Below are positions 48,754 through 59,956 of a stretch of DNA of 64,000 bases, one piece after another. The notes under the pieces are model-generated. The model did not search any database and was not told the origin of the DNA. It saw nothing but the letters and a program-made list of their open reading frames with translations. The DNA comes from Candidatus Woesebacteria bacterium (GTDB taxonomy: Bacteria; Patescibacteriota; Microgenomatia; UBA1400; PJMF01), in the NCBI GenBank assembly GCA_050123235.1, contig JASFHL010000005.1, forward strand, positions 30,695 through 94,694. The letters run 5' to 3'. The translations under genes were made by a program, and so were the position numbers. Positions within the stretch are counted from its first letter, which is position 1; every line of letters begins with the position of its first letter.

Positions 48754-50159
48754 TTATGAAAGCAAAAACAATGTATGAAAAAATCTGGGAAAAGCATATT
48801 GTTTGCCATGATCAAGACGCCGAGCCAGTGATCTATATAGATACTCACCTTGTTCATGAAGTAACTTCACCACAAGCTTTTGATGGACTGCGCCAAAGAG
48901 GTCTGAAGCTAAGAAGACCAGATAGGACTTTTATGACTATAGATCACGTGATTTCCACTAAAGACCCAAAACGTGATTTTTTTAGCAAGAAAACAAAAAA
49001 AATGATGAAAGTTGCAGCTAGTAACGCTCAAGAGTTTTCAGTGAAATTATTTGATACTGATTCTAAAAAACAGGGTGTGATTCATATTATTGCTCCAGAA
49101 TTAGGTCTTATTCAACCAGGTATGACTATTGCTTGTGGTGACAGCCATACTGCTACTCACGGTGCTTTTGGAGCAATTGCGTTTGGTATTGGCACCAGCG
49201 AAGTTGAATGTATTTTAGCCAGTCAATGTTTATTGCAGAAAAAAATGAAAACCATGGAGATCAGAGTTGATGGCAAGCTTGGCAAGGGAGTGACTGCCAA
49301 AGATCTCATTTTAGCTATCATTAATAAACTAGGAGTAGGAGGTGGTACTGCTTATGCAGTCGAATATACAGGCGAAGCTATCAGAGCTATGTCAATGGAT
49401 GAGAGATTAACCATTTGCAACATGTCTATTGAATTTGGGGCTAAAGTAGGCATGATTGCAGCAGATGAAATAACTTTTGCTTACCTCAAAGCTAAGGAAT
49501 ATGCCCCAAAGGGGGAAGATTTTGAAAAAGCAGTTAAAGACTGGAAAAAGTTGAGAACAGATAAAGCTGCCAAATATGACAGGGTAATAAAAATATCTGC
49601 TCAGCAACTAAAACCACGAGTAACTTACGGTATTAGCCCAGATATGAATCTTGCTATTGACGAAAAGCTTCCCACTAAGCAGAGTCTTAGTAATGAGACT
49701 GATCGAGAGATGTTAGAGCAAGCTCTTGATTACATGGACTTTAAAGAAGGTGAAGCAATCCAAGGTAAAGAAATTCAGCATGTTTTCATTGGTAGCTGCA
49801 CCAACGGCAGACTTACTGATTTAGAAGCAGCAGCCAAAGTTCTCAAAGGCAAAAAAGTGGCAAAAGGGGTTACTGCGGTGCTTGTGCCTGGTTCTATGCC
49901 AATTAAAGCAAAGGCAGAAGAAAAAGGTTTGGACAAGATTTTTAAAGATGCTGGCTTTGAATGGCGTCAGCCTGGTTGCAGTAGTTGTTTAGCCATGAAT
50001 GGAGATCTTATCCCGGCTGAAGAATATTGTGTAAGTACAACTAATCGTAATTTTAAAGGACGTCAGGGTAAAGGTGCTAGAACCATTCTAGCTAGTCCTA
50101 TGATGGCGGCAGCGGCTGCTATCACTGGCAAAATTACAGACGTAAAGGAGCTATTATGA
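48750..50159 (+). CDS. leuC: 3-isopropylmalate dehydratase large subunit
   Basis: 469 aa; aconitase-family Fe-S ligand motifs ([17 protein letters not shown]); overlaps the leuA stop. Confidence 0.9.
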   Translation: MIMKAKTMYEKIWEKHIVCHDQDAEPVIYIDTHLVHEVTSPQAFDGLRQRGLKLRRPDRTFMTIDHVISTKDPKRDFFSKKTKKMMKVAASNAQEFSVKLFDTDSKKQGVIHIIAPELGLIQPGMTIACGDSHTATHGAFGAIAFGIGTSEVECILASQCLLQKKMKTMEIRVDGKLGKGVTAKDLILAIINKLGVGGGTAYAVEYTGEAIRAMSMDERLTICNMSIEFGAKVGMIAADEITFAYLKAKEYAPKGEDFEKAVKDWKKLRTDKAAKYDRVIKISAQQLKPRVTYGISPDMNLAIDEKLPTKQSLSNETDREMLEQALDYMDFKEGEAIQGKEIQHVFIGSCTNGRLTDLEAAAKVLKGKKVAKGVTAVLVPGSMPIKAKAEEKGLDKIFKDAGFEWRQPGCSSCLAMNGDLIPAEEYCVSTTNRNFKGRQGKGARTILASPMMAAAAAITGKITDVKELL

Positions 50160-50743
50160 AAAAATTTACTATCATTAACTCTAGTTGCGTGCCAATCAAT
50201 TGGAAAAATATTGATACAGATCAAATTTTACCTGCCAGGTTTATGACAGGAGTTAAAAAAACTGGTTTTGCTAAGCTACTCTTCTATGATCATCGCTATG
50301 ACAAAGATGGTAAACCTAATAAAAGTTTTGTTTTAAATGATGATAGATATAAAGGACATAAAATTCTGGTAGCTGGTCATAATTTTGGCTGCGGCAGTTC
50401 CAGAGAGCATGCTCCCTGGGCAATTAGTCAATATGGCTTTAGAGTAGTGATTTCTTCAATGTTTTCTAGTATTTTTAAAAATAATGCCCTCAAAAATGCA
50501 CTGTTATTAGTTGAAGTTCCGGAGGCAGAGTTAGAGAGCATTTTTGCTGAGATTGAAAAAAATCCCAAGTTTAAAATCACAGTCAATTTACCAGACCAAA
50601 CCATTAGTTTTGCTAATAAGAAAATTAAATTTAAAATTAGTCCCTTTAGAAAACGATGTATTATCAATGGTTATGATGATGTCAACTATCTCTTTTCCAA
50701 GAAGAAAGAAATTAAGAAATATGAATTAGCAAATAAAAAATAG
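50156..50743 (+). CDS. leuD: 3-isopropylmalate dehydratase small subunit
   Basis: 195 aa; aconitase swivel domain (GHNFGCGSSREHAPWA). Confidence 0.9.
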   Translation: MKKFTIINSSCVPINWKNIDTDQILPARFMTGVKKTGFAKLLFYDHRYDKDGKPNKSFVLNDDRYKGHKILVAGHNFGCGSSREHAPWAISQYGFRVVISSMFSSIFKNNALKNALLLVEVPEAELESIFAEIEKNPKFKITVNLPDQTISFANKKIKFKISPFRKRCIINGYDDVNYLFSKKKEIKKYELANKK

Positions 50744-50756
50744 AAAGGCTTAAAAC

Positions 50757-51827
50757 ATGAAAAAATCTATTCTAGTGCTTGGTGGCGATGGGATTGGTCC
50801 TGATGTTACTAAGCAAGCTGTCAAAGTTTTGAGAAAAGTAGCCAAAAAATTCAAACATCAATTTGAGTTTAAAAAGGCATTAATAGGAGCCGTGGCTATA
50901 GATAAGACAGGCAATCCTTTACCTGAAAAAACTATTAGTTTAGCTAAAAAGTCTGATGCTATTTTGTTTGGGGCAATTGGTTCACCTAAATATGATAATA
51001 ATCCCAATGCCAAAGTTAGACCTGAGCAGGGTTTACTCGGTATTAGAAAAGCGCTAGGCCTTTTTGCCAATCTAAGACCTATCAAATTGTTTGATGAGCT
51101 GCTGGATACTTCACCACTTAAGGCTGAAGTAATCAAAGGTTCTGATATTTTGATTTTCAGAGAATTGATTGCTGGTATCTATTTTGGAGCTCGTGGTAGA
51201 ACTGAGGATCTAAACGAAGCTTTTGACACCATGATTTATTCCAAAGAATCTGTGCGCAGAATAGGGAAATTAGCTTTTGAAACAGCCAGAACTAGAAAAA
51301 AGAAAGTCTGTAGTGTAGATAAAGCTAATGTGCTTGCTAGCTCTAGGCTTTGGAGAGAGGCGATTGTAGAGTTGGCAAAAGAATATCCAGATGTGGAATT
51401 GAGTCACCTCTTTGTAGATAACGCTGCCATGCAATTGATCAAAAGACCAAGTGAATTTGATGTGATTGTGACAGGCAATATGTTTGGCGATATTCTTTCT
51501 GACGAAGCTTCACAGATTGCTGGTAGTTTAGGGATGTTGGCTTCAGCCAGTATGGGTGAAAAATATGGCCTTTATGAACCAATTCACGGAAGTGCTCCCA
51601 AGTATGCTGGTAAAAATGTGGCTAATCCCTTGGCCACTATTTTATCAGCCCAAATGATGTTAAGTTTGGCTTTTAAAATGAAAAAAGAAGCTAAAGCGGT
51701 AGAGAAAGCAATTGGTAAGGTTTTGGCAGCTGGCTATCGTTGCAAAGACATTGCTGATGCTAAAACTGAAAGAAATAAAATAGTGGGGACGGAAGAGATG
51801 GGTGATTTAGTGGCTGCAGCGATTTAG
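50757..51827 (+). CDS. leuB: 3-isopropylmalate dehydrogenase
   Basis: 356 aa; [12 protein letters not shown] signature of isocitrate/isopropylmalate dehydrogenases. Confidence 0.9.
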   Translation: MKKSILVLGGDGIGPDVTKQAVKVLRKVAKKFKHQFEFKKALIGAVAIDKTGNPLPEKTISLAKKSDAILFGAIGSPKYDNNPNAKVRPEQGLLGIRKALGLFANLRPIKLFDELLDTSPLKAEVIKGSDILIFRELIAGIYFGARGRTEDLNEAFDTMIYSKESVRRIGKLAFETARTRKKKVCSVDKANVLASSRLWREAIVELAKEYPDVELSHLFVDNAAMQLIKRPSEFDVIVTGNMFGDILSDEASQIAGSLGMLASASMGEKYGLYEPIHGSAPKYAGKNVANPLATILSAQMMLSLAFKMKKEAKAVEKAIGKVLAAGYRCKDIADAKTERNKIVGTEEMGDLVAAAI

Positions 51828-51929
51828 GAGAAAAAGCCAGTGATGCTAAAAAATATAAGCTTATAAGTTTTCTGTTATACATATTATTAGTAATTCATCA
51901 TCTTGATATATTTTTAAACCATTGTTATC

Positions 51930-53381
51930 TTGGTATATAGATTATTCATGAAAGCTACTCAAAATGTGTTAGATATAATTTTTGTTAATCCTTTCCCAGA
52001 AAATGCTTATGGTATTAATAGTGAAACAGTAGAACCTCCCTTAGGTTTGGGTTACTTGGCCGCAGTTGCTGAAGAGAGAGATTTTTCTTGTGAGATAATT
52101 GACGCTAATATTTTGGAACTCAAGATTGCTCAAGTTCTCCGAATTATCAAGCAAAAAAAACCAAAAATTGTTGGTATTAATGTCAATCTTTATTCTTATA
52201 AAGTTGCCTTAAAATTGGCAGACAAAATAAAAAAAGCTCTTCCAAAAACAACTGTAATTTTAGGTGGTCCTACACCAACCAGTGCTCCTAGGCAAGTAAT
52301 GAAAGCTTGCAAAACTGATGCTGTCTGTATTGGGGAAGGAGAAAATACTTTAACAGAAATTTTAGATAACTATAAACAAGGCAAACATCTTTTTAGAAGT
52401 GTGGCAGGGATGATGTATCGGAGTAGCAGTGGTAAAAGGATTATGAACAACAAGCCTCGAGCGTTTATACGAAATATTGATACTATTCCCTTTCCTGCCT
52501 ATCATCTTTTTCCAGATCTTAATAAATATAAATCTAGGGCTGTTAAAAAGCCATTCGCTCCTCTTTTGACCAGCCGCGGCTGTCCTTTTCAATGTGTGTT
52601 TTGCAGCAAAGATGTATTTAAGTACGCCTGTCGCATGAGGTCCCCAGAAAACGTAATAGATGAAATTGATATGCTAGTCAAGAAATTTGGAGTAAAACAG
52701 CTAGATATCTTAGATGACAACTTTACAATCAACAAAAAAAGGACAGAGCGTATTCTTGATTTGATAATAAAACGAAAATACGATCTACATATTAATTTAC
52801 AGTCTGGAGTAAGAACAGAAGGCATCGACACCAAAATAATCAGAAAAATGAAAAAGGCAAAGATTTTTAAAATCCCCTTTGGCGTAGAATCAGGCGATCC
52901 TCTGATTCTTAAAAGAATCAAAAAACAACTCAATTTAAAAAAAGTTTTGGCTTGCACTAAAATGGCAAAAAAAGCTGGGATGAAGGTTTATGGCTTTTTT
53001 ATGATTGGTTTACCAGGTGATACTGCTGAAAGTATGCAAAAAACCATAGACTTTGCTATAAAAATGAACCCTAATATTGCAAATTTCAGTATCACCATCC
53101 CTTTTCCCGGAACAGAGCTTTATCAGACGGTAAAAAAAGAAGGTAAGTTTCTTGTTGATATGGATAATGGAATCGATGCTGGCTTTTATGCCAATAAGGT
53201 TTTTTATGAGTTAGAAGGTATGGATAAAGATGTGGTGCTTAGTTACTACCAGAAGGCAATGAAAAGCTTTTATTTCAGACCGAAAAAAATATTTGAACTC
53301 ATCATGAGTATGAATTCATGGAGTGAATTTCAGTGGTTTGCCAAAACTTCTTTTTCAGTTTTTAAAAAATTGTTTAGTTGA
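51930..53381 (+). CDS. B12-binding radical SAM domain protein
   Basis: 483 aa; N-terminal cobalamin-binding-like region, then radical-SAM Cx3Cx2C (GCPFQCVFCSK). TTG start at 51930 or in-frame ATG at 51948. Confidence 0.75.
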   Translation: MVYRLFMKATQNVLDIIFVNPFPENAYGINSETVEPPLGLGYLAAVAEERDFSCEIIDANILELKIAQVLRIIKQKKPKIVGINVNLYSYKVALKLADKIKKALPKTTVILGGPTPTSAPRQVMKACKTDAVCIGEGENTLTEILDNYKQGKHLFRSVAGMMYRSSSGKRIMNNKPRAFIRNIDTIPFPAYHLFPDLNKYKSRAVKKPFAPLLTSRGCPFQCVFCSKDVFKYACRMRSPENVIDEIDMLVKKFGVKQLDILDDNFTINKKRTERILDLIIKRKYDLHINLQSGVRTEGIDTKIIRKMKKAKIFKIPFGVESGDPLILKRIKKQLNLKKVLACTKMAKKAGMKVYGFFMIGLPGDTAESMQKTIDFAIKMNPNIANFSITIPFPGTELYQTVKKEGKFLVDMDNGIDAGFYANKVFYELEGMDKDVVLSYYQKAMKSFYFRPKKIFELIMSMNSWSEFQWFAKTSFSVFKKLFS

Positions 53382-53505
53382 TTTTTTTTAGTTGTAATAA
53401 AGAGCCGTAAGAGAAAATTTGTCTAAATAAGGAGAGTTCTGCTGCCTTTGTATTTGACAAAAGTAAAAGGTTATAGATATAATCATCGACGTATTGGATA
53501 CATAA

Positions 53506-53574
53506 ATGTTAAAAATAAATTCACAAAATCAGTTTAATAACGTTCTTGTTATTATTCTTAGCCTCTCAACGTAG
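53506..53574 (+). CDS. ilv-operon leader peptide (22 aa: MLKINSQNQFNNVLVIILSLST)
   Basis: Run of Val-Leu-Val-Ile-Ile-Leu codons. The stop TAG overlaps the first G-run of the attenuator. Its N-terminus resembles the leu leader (MQINKFKNNQ vs MLKINSQNQFNN). Confidence 0.7.
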   Translation: MLKINSQNQFNNVLVIILSLST

Positions 53575-53627
53575 GGGGATTTTGTCTTGGATTAAAAAAT
53601 CAAAGCTCCCCCAAGGGGGGCTTTTTT
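53571..53627 (+). promoter_or_regulatory. transcription attenuator of the ilv operon
   Basis: GGGGG (574-578) can pair with CCCCC (608-612) as an antiterminator. Alternatively CTCCCCC (606-612) pairs with GGGGGG (615-620) and is followed by T6 (622-627), forming a terminator, 87 bp upstream of ilvB. Confidence 0.7.
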
Positions 53628-53713
53628 AGTTTTCTTAGCTGATTATTGTTTATCGGCCAAATAAAGCTAAATAAAATAGTGAACTAGCAATAGAGTTAGA
53701 AAGAAAAACAACT

Positions 53714-55438
53714 ATGAAAAAAGAAAGAAAAAAAGCAGCACAAACTGGCAAACATATTCTATGTCAAGCTTTAAAGAAAATAAAAGCAGGCGCTATCTTT
53801 GGCTACACAGGCGGAGCAATCATGCCGCTCTATGATGAATTGGAAAAATTTCCTGAATTAAAGCACGTCATGACTAGACACGAACAAGGTGCAGCTTTTG
53901 CTGCTCAAGGTTATGCTAGGGCTACTGGTGAATTAGCCTTTGTTTTTACTACTTCAGGCCCAGGAGCTACTAATACTATTACCGGTGTAGCTGATGCGAT
54001 GATGGATAGTGTGCCTATTATGGTCATTACTGGACAGGTTGCAACTAGCGTGGTTGGCACTGATGCTTTTCAAGAAAGCGATGTGGTGGGCCTGATGTTA
54101 CCGATTACCAAACATAGCACAGTGGTCACTGATACTGATGATCTGGCTGAGACATTTTTTAAATTAACAAGTATCGCTTTAGAAGGTAGGCCAGGCCCAG
54201 TTCATTTAGATTTACCCAAAGATATTCAGCTTGGTTTTTCTAGTAACACAGATTATCAGCTTAAGCCTTATGATTTCTATTACCCTGCAGCTTCAGTTCC
54301 TAAGAAAAAATATCAACAAGCGGCCGAAATAATCAATCAAGCAAAAAAGCCCGTAGTTTTCTGCGGACATGGAGTTGTGATTTCTAAATCTCATCAAGAA
54401 TTTTTACGCTTCATAGAAAAAGGTAAATTAACTTTTGCTTCTACTAGTCACGGTCTTTCAGCTGTGCCTAGTGATCACCCTTTGCATTTGGGCATGATGG
54501 GCATGCATGGCACAGTAGCAGCCAATAAGGCAATTGAGGAGGCTGATTGTATTGTTGCTTTAGGTATGCGTTTTGATGATAGAGTGACAGGTAAATTGTC
54601 AGAATATGCTCCTGCTGCTAAAATCATTCACATTGACATTGACCAATCAGAAATTGATAAAAACGTAAGCACAGATTTGGCCATTAATTCTGACCTCAAA
54701 CCAGCTTTGCAAGCGATCACCCCAATGATTAAAAAAGTTGCACGCAAAGATTGGTTGAGCAAAATTCAAAAAAATAAAGCTAAATGGGAAAAGTACATCC
54801 AACCTTTGATCAAAAAAGGTATTGGTGATAATGGTGGTCTATTAATGAAGACTATTGTCACTAAATTATCTACTTTGACTAAAGGTAAGGATAACATCGT
54901 ATCTGACGTGGGTATTCATGAGATGATGCTAGCGCGTTTTTATAATTTCCAACGTTTTAATACTTGGTTCCATTCTGGTGGAGCTGGCACCATGGGTTTT
55001 TCTTTACCTACAGCCATTGGAGTCAAAGTAGCTAGACCAAAGGAAAGAGTTTGGGCAGTGATGGGTGATGGTGGTTTTCAGATGAATGTGCAAGAACTAG
55101 GTACTATTCTGGCAGAGCAGCTTGATATCAAAATTGTAATTCTTAACAATAGTACCCTAGGTATGGTGAGGCAATGGCAGACTCTATTTTTTAATAAGGC
55201 TTATGCTCAGACTGATATGATTAATCCTGATTTTATTAAGTTGGCAGATAGTTATAACATTCCTGGAAAAAGAGTCAGTCAAACTAAAGAGATTGGGCCA
55301 GCTATCAAATGGGCGATGAAAACCAAAGGCCCAGTGATTTTAGAATTTGTCTGTGATAAAGATGAAAAAATTTTCCCAATGGTCCCATCAGGAGCTAATT
55401 TTAGAGAAATGATTGAAACCCATCATGATGCTAATTAG
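53714..55438 (+). CDS. ilvB: acetolactate synthase large subunit
   Basis: 574 aa; ThDP-binding motif GDGGFQMN...LNN; FAD-binding middle domain. Confidence 0.9.
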   Translation: MKKERKKAAQTGKHILCQALKKIKAGAIFGYTGGAIMPLYDELEKFPELKHVMTRHEQGAAFAAQGYARATGELAFVFTTSGPGATNTITGVADAMMDSVPIMVITGQVATSVVGTDAFQESDVVGLMLPITKHSTVVTDTDDLAETFFKLTSIALEGRPGPVHLDLPKDIQLGFSSNTDYQLKPYDFYYPAASVPKKKYQQAAEIINQAKKPVVFCGHGVVISKSHQEFLRFIEKGKLTFASTSHGLSAVPSDHPLHLGMMGMHGTVAANKAIEEADCIVALGMRFDDRVTGKLSEYAPAAKIIHIDIDQSEIDKNVSTDLAINSDLKPALQAITPMIKKVARKDWLSKIQKNKAKWEKYIQPLIKKGIGDNGGLLMKTIVTKLSTLTKGKDNIVSDVGIHEMMLARFYNFQRFNTWFHSGGAGTMGFSLPTAIGVKVARPKERVWAVMGDGGFQMNVQELGTILAEQLDIKIVILNNSTLGMVRQWQTLFFNKAYAQTDMINPDFIKLADSYNIPGKRVSQTKEIGPAIKWAMKTKGPVILEFVCDKDEKIFPMVPSGANFREMIETHHDAN

Positions 55439-55505
55439 TTAGAGTTTGCTAATGAATTTTAAAACAGTTAGAAAATTTATTAATAAAAATTAACTTAATA
55501 GAACT

Positions 55506-56012
55506 ATGAAAATGAAAAAAGTCAAAAATTATACCTTAATCGTTTTTGCAGAAAACAAACCTGGTGTCCTGAATAAAGTTACTATGTTGATCAGAAGAAA
55601 AATGTACAACGTAGAGACAATTACTGCCTACAAAACAGAAACGCCAGGAATCTCAAGGATTACCATTAATGTTAATGATCAAGAAAGTTCTAAGGTTGAA
55701 CAGATAGTAAGACAATTGAAAAAGATCGTGGAAGTCACTGAAGTAATCAATGTCACTAATCAAAAACCAGTAGTTAGAGAATTGGTCTTGATCAAAGTTA
55801 AAACCAACAATGGTAGTAGAGCTCAAGTTTCTCAATTGGCAAATATTTTTAGAGGCAATATAGTTGATGTTTCGCAAGATTCAATGGTGGTGGAAATCAC
55901 AGGTAATCCTCAGAAAGTTGAGTCAGCCATTTGTGTTTTTGATGATTATGAAATTTTAGAAATAGCAGGTACAGGCATCACTGCCATGGAAAGGAGCAAC
56001 GGTGAAGAGTAA
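55506..56012 (+). CDS. ilvN: acetolactate synthase small (regulatory) subunit
   Basis: 168 aa; ACT domain ([22 protein letters not shown]...A). Confidence 0.85.
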   Translation: MKMKKVKNYTLIVFAENKPGVLNKVTMLIRRKMYNVETITAYKTETPGISRITINVNDQESSKVEQIVRQLKKIVEVTEVINVTNQKPVVRELVLIKVKTNNGSRAQVSQLANIFRGNIVDVSQDSMVVEITGNPQKVESAICVFDDYEILEIAGTGITAMERSNGEE

Positions 56013-57672
56013 TTTGGTCAAAACAGGGGTTAACTGCGCTCCCCATCGCAGCCTATTTCGTGCCACAGGCGTAGTAAAAGATAAACGTGATTTTAAAAAA
56101 CCCTTTATTGCTGTGGCTAATTCCTTTGTAGAAATTATCCCTGGCCATGTTCATCTACAGGAATTGGGAAAATTAGCTAAGGCTGCTATTAGAAAAGCAG
56201 GAGGCATTCCTTTTGAATTTAATACTATTGGTATTTGTGATGGTATCGCTATGGGTCACAGTGGGATGAAGTATTCATTGCCTTCTCGGGAGCTAATTGC
56301 AGACAGTGTTGAATCAATGCTTAGGGCTCATTGTTTTGATGGGGTGCTGCTTTTAGGAAACTGTGACAAAATTGTGCCAGGCATGTTGATGGCTGCGATG
56401 AGAGTTAACATCCCAGCCATTTATGTTTCTGGCGGGCCAATGAAAGCTGGTTGCGTTAATGGGCGAGCTACTGACTTAATTACTGTTTTTGAGGCAGTGG
56501 GTGAATATGCCAAAGGGAGTATTTCAGAAAAAAAATTAACAGAATATGAAAAAAAATGTTGCCCTGGTTGTGGTTCTTGTGCAGGCATGTTTACTGCTAA
56601 TTCTATGAATTGTATTGCCGAAGCTTTAGGCATAGCATTGCCAGGAAATGGCACTAGGCTAGCTGAATCTAAAGCCAGAAAGGATTTAGTAGCTCAAGCT
56701 GCTGAACGGATTGTTTCCTTGGTTAAGAAAGATTTGAAACCTAGAGATATTGTCACTAAGCAATCAATTGATAATGCCTTTGCTTTGGATATGGCCATGG
56801 GTGGTTCTACGAACACTGTGCTTCATACTTTAGCCATCGCTCACGAAGCTGGAGTGAAATATGATTTAGACAATATTAATAAAATTTCTGCCAAAGTGCC
56901 ATGTGTTTGTAAGGTTTCTCCTTCAAGACCTGATGTGCACATGGAAGATCTTGACAGAGCTGGGGGTATATCCGCTATTTTAAAAACTATTAGTCAGAAA
57001 AAAGGAACTTTATCTTTGAAAGCAAAGACAGTCTCTGGCAAAACTTTAGGCGAAAATATCAAGACTGCCAAGGTTTTAGATGATGATGTGATTAAAAATC
57101 TTGATCAAGCTTTTTCTAATGAAGGTGGTTTGAGCATTCTCTTTGGTAATTTAGCTCCTCAGGGATCGATTGTTAAAAGTGCCGGAGTCAGTGAGCAGAT
57201 GAAGCATTTTACTGGTAAAGCTAGAGTTTTTGAGTCACAAGAAGAAGCCATGGAGGGCATTATGTCGGGTAAAGTTAAGGTAGGTGAGGTAGTGGTGATC
57301 CGTTATGAAGGTCCCAAAGGTGGCCCTGGTATGCAAGAAATGCTCTCTCCTACTGCTGCAATTGTAGGGCGAGGTTTGGGAGAAAAGGTAGCTTTGATCA
57401 CTGATGGCCGTTTTTCTGGTGGCACTCGAGGAGCTTGCGTGGGGCATGTTTCCCCAGAAGCAGCGGAGAAAGGAGCAATTGCCGCAATCAAAAATGGAGA
57501 TGAAATTGAGATAGATATAGAAAAAGGAGTTTTAGAACTAAAAGTATCTGCGGCAGAAATCAAAAAGCGTCTCAAAGCTTTACCCAAGTTCAAAGCTAGG
57601 ATCAATTATGGTTGGCTTAAAAGATACTCACAGCAGGTCAGTAATGCTAGTGAAGGCGCGGTTTTGAAATAA
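56002..57672 (+). CDS. ilvD: dihydroxy-acid dehydratase
   Basis: 556 aa; ILVD/EDD motifs ([24 protein letters not shown]). Confidence 0.92.
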   Translation: MKSNLVKTGVNCAPHRSLFRATGVVKDKRDFKKPFIAVANSFVEIIPGHVHLQELGKLAKAAIRKAGGIPFEFNTIGICDGIAMGHSGMKYSLPSRELIADSVESMLRAHCFDGVLLLGNCDKIVPGMLMAAMRVNIPAIYVSGGPMKAGCVNGRATDLITVFEAVGEYAKGSISEKKLTEYEKKCCPGCGSCAGMFTANSMNCIAEALGIALPGNGTRLAESKARKDLVAQAAERIVSLVKKDLKPRDIVTKQSIDNAFALDMAMGGSTNTVLHTLAIAHEAGVKYDLDNINKISAKVPCVCKVSPSRPDVHMEDLDRAGGISAILKTISQKKGTLSLKAKTVSGKTLGENIKTAKVLDDDVIKNLDQAFSNEGGLSILFGNLAPQGSIVKSAGVSEQMKHFTGKARVFESQEEAMEGIMSGKVKVGEVVVIRYEGPKGGPGMQEMLSPTAAIVGRGLGEKVALITDGRFSGGTRGACVGHVSPEAAEKGAIAAIKNGDEIEIDIEKGVLELKVSAAEIKKRLKALPKFKARINYGWLKRYSQQVSNASEGAVLK

Positions 57673-57695
57673 GAAACTAATTTAGGAAAATAATT

Positions 57696-58877
57696 ATGCG
57701 ATACCAACAACTATTTGCTAGCAGAACTAAGATAATGGGCGCTAGCGCCATCAGGGAAATCCTTAAAGTTGTTTCTCAGCCTGGTATGGTTTCATTGGCA
57801 GGAGGTATTCCTGCCCCAGAAGCCTTTCCTATGAAAATTCTGGATAAACTTTGTTCTAAGGTAATTAAAAAGTATGGTAGCCAGGCTTTTCAATATAGTG
57901 CCACTGAAGGTTTCATGCCTTTGCGTGAAGCTTTAGTCAAGTATTTAAAAAAAGAAAATATTAATACCACTTGTGAGGAAGTACTAATTTCTAGTGGCTC
58001 GCAAGGAATGCTTGACGGCTTAGGTAAAATTTTAATTTCTGAAGGTGATAAAGTAGCAGTTGAGGCACCCACCTATCTGGGAGCCTTACAAGCTTTTAAT
58101 CCATACCAACCACAATATGTCAGTATTGAAACAGATGAGCAAGGTTTCATCCCTAGCTCCTTAGAAAAAGTTTTAAAAAAGCAGAAAATTAAATTTATTT
58201 ATTTGGTACCAACTTTTCAAAACCCTACAGGTAGGACCATTCCTTTAGATAGACGAAAAGCAATTGCCAAGTTAATCATCAAGTATAAAACTTTGTTAGT
58301 AGAAGATGATCCTTATGCTGCCCTTCGTTACCGAGGCAAAAAAGTAGCTAGTATTAAATCATTGGCTCCGGATAATGTAGTTTATTTGGGGACTTTGTCT
58401 AAAGTTTTTGCTCCTGGGTTAAGAATTGGCTTTTCAGTCGCTCCCAAGCAAATCAGCCACTGGCTGACATTAGCTAAGCAAGGAGTAGATTTACATAGCA
58501 GCACTTTTAATCAAGCTCTAGCTGCTGAATATCTAAGTGCTGGCCATTTACAAAAGCAGATTCCAAAGATTCTCAAAGTTTATGAGCCTAGACAAAAAGC
58601 CATGTTAAGAGCTTTAGAAAAATATTTCCCCAAAACCTTCAAGTGGTCAAAGCCAGAAGGAGGGATGTTTATTTGGGTGGCAGGCCCAAAAGGCATGGAT
58701 ATGGAAAAAATTTATTGGCAGGCAGTTAAGAAAAAAGTGGCTTTTGTCCCAGGAAAATTTTTCTATACTGAACCCAAGCAAGGTCTAGAAACAATGCGTC
58801 TCAATTATTCAATGTCTGATGAAAAGACCATTGATCAGGCAATTAAAACTTTGTCGGAAGTAATCAAAAAAAATTAA
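57696..58877 (+). CDS. class-I (fold-type I) PLP-dependent aminotransferase
   Basis: 393 aa; SLSKVFAPGLRIG (SxSKxxxxxGxRxG PLP-lysine motif). It occupies the ilv operon where ilvE would be expected. Confidence 0.8.
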   Translation: MRYQQLFASRTKIMGASAIREILKVVSQPGMVSLAGGIPAPEAFPMKILDKLCSKVIKKYGSQAFQYSATEGFMPLREALVKYLKKENINTTCEEVLISSGSQGMLDGLGKILISEGDKVAVEAPTYLGALQAFNPYQPQYVSIETDEQGFIPSSLEKVLKKQKIKFIYLVPTFQNPTGRTIPLDRRKAIAKLIIKYKTLLVEDDPYAALRYRGKKVASIKSLAPDNVVYLGTLSKVFAPGLRIGFSVAPKQISHWLTLAKQGVDLHSSTFNQALAAEYLSAGHLQKQIPKILKVYEPRQKAMLRALEKYFPKTFKWSKPEGGMFIWVAGPKGMDMEKIYWQAVKKKVAFVPGKFFYTEPKQGLETMRLNYSMSDEKTIDQAIKTLSEVIKKN

Positions 58878-58900
58878 TTATTAGTTTAAAAGGAAAAATT

Positions 58901-59953
58901 ATGGCAAAAATGAAATTTGCAAACACTCAGGAAAATGTAGTTACTAGAAAAGAATTCCCTCTTTCTAAGGCTCAAGAGGTCTTGAAAGACGAAACTGTGG
59001 CAGTGTTAGGTTATGGAGTACAAGGACCAGCCCAAGCTTTAAATATGAAAGACAACGGCATTAAGGTAATTGTTGGTCAAAGAAAAAATTCAGCTTCTTG
59101 GGATAAGGCAGTGGCTGATGGTTGGCAGGAAGGTAAGAATCTGTTTAGTCTTGAAGAAGCTGCCAAGAGAGGCAGCATTGTTCAATATCTACTCTCTGAC
59201 GCAGCTCAAGTTCAGCTGTGGCCAAAAATTAAAAAGCATTTGAGCAAAGGCAAAGCTTTGTATTTTTCTCATGGTTTTGCTTATGTTTATAAAAACCAAA
59301 CCAAAATAGTACCGCCCAAAAATGTTGATGTGATTTTAGTTGCTCCCAAAGGAGCTGGTCGCAGTGTGCGGGAGAATTTTCTCAAAGGATCTGGTATCAA
59401 TGCTAGTTATGCTGTGGCACAAGATTATACAGGCAAAGCAGAGGAACGAACTTTAGCACTAGGAATTGCCATTGGGGCAGGTTACCTTTTTGAAACTAGT
59501 TTCAAAAATGAAGTTTATAGTGACTTAACTGGTGAGAGAGGAGTTTTACTGGGAGCGATTGCTGGTTTAATGGAAGCACAATTTAAAGTATTGCGTAAAC
59601 ATGGACATAGTCCTTCTGAAGCTTTTAACGAAACTGTGGAGGAGTTTACCCAGAGCTTGATTCCTTTGACTGCTCAAAATGGTGCAGATTGGATGATTGC
59701 CAATTGTAGCAGCACCGCTCAAAGAGGGGCTTTAGATTGGATGGACAAATTTAGAGATAATAACATGGCTCTTTTTGAAAAATTATATAAATCTGTGGAA
59801 TCTGGCAAAGAGACTAAGAGAACTTTAGATAAAAACAGCGACCCAAATTATAGAAAGAATTTAGACAAAGAACTTAAACAACTACGTAATCGAGAAATTT
59901 GGCAAACTGGTAAGACAGTTAGAAAGCTTAGACCAGAAAATTGGAAGGAATAA
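58901..59953 (+). CDS. ilvC: ketol-acid reductoisomerase
   Basis: 350 aa; Rossmann GYGVQGPAQALN; conserved KARI C-terminal knotted domain. Confidence 0.92.
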   Translation: MAKMKFANTQENVVTRKEFPLSKAQEVLKDETVAVLGYGVQGPAQALNMKDNGIKVIVGQRKNSASWDKAVADGWQEGKNLFSLEEAAKRGSIVQYLLSDAAQVQLWPKIKKHLSKGKALYFSHGFAYVYKNQTKIVPPKNVDVILVAPKGAGRSVRENFLKGSGINASYAVAQDYTGKAEERTLALGIAIGAGYLFETSFKNEVYSDLTGERGVLLGAIAGLMEAQFKVLRKHGHSPSEAFNETVEEFTQSLIPLTAQNGADWMIANCSSTAQRGALDWMDKFRDNNMALFEKLYKSVESGKETKRTLDKNSDPNYRKNLDKELKQLRNREIWQTGKTVRKLRPENWKE

Positions 59954-59956
59954 AAC

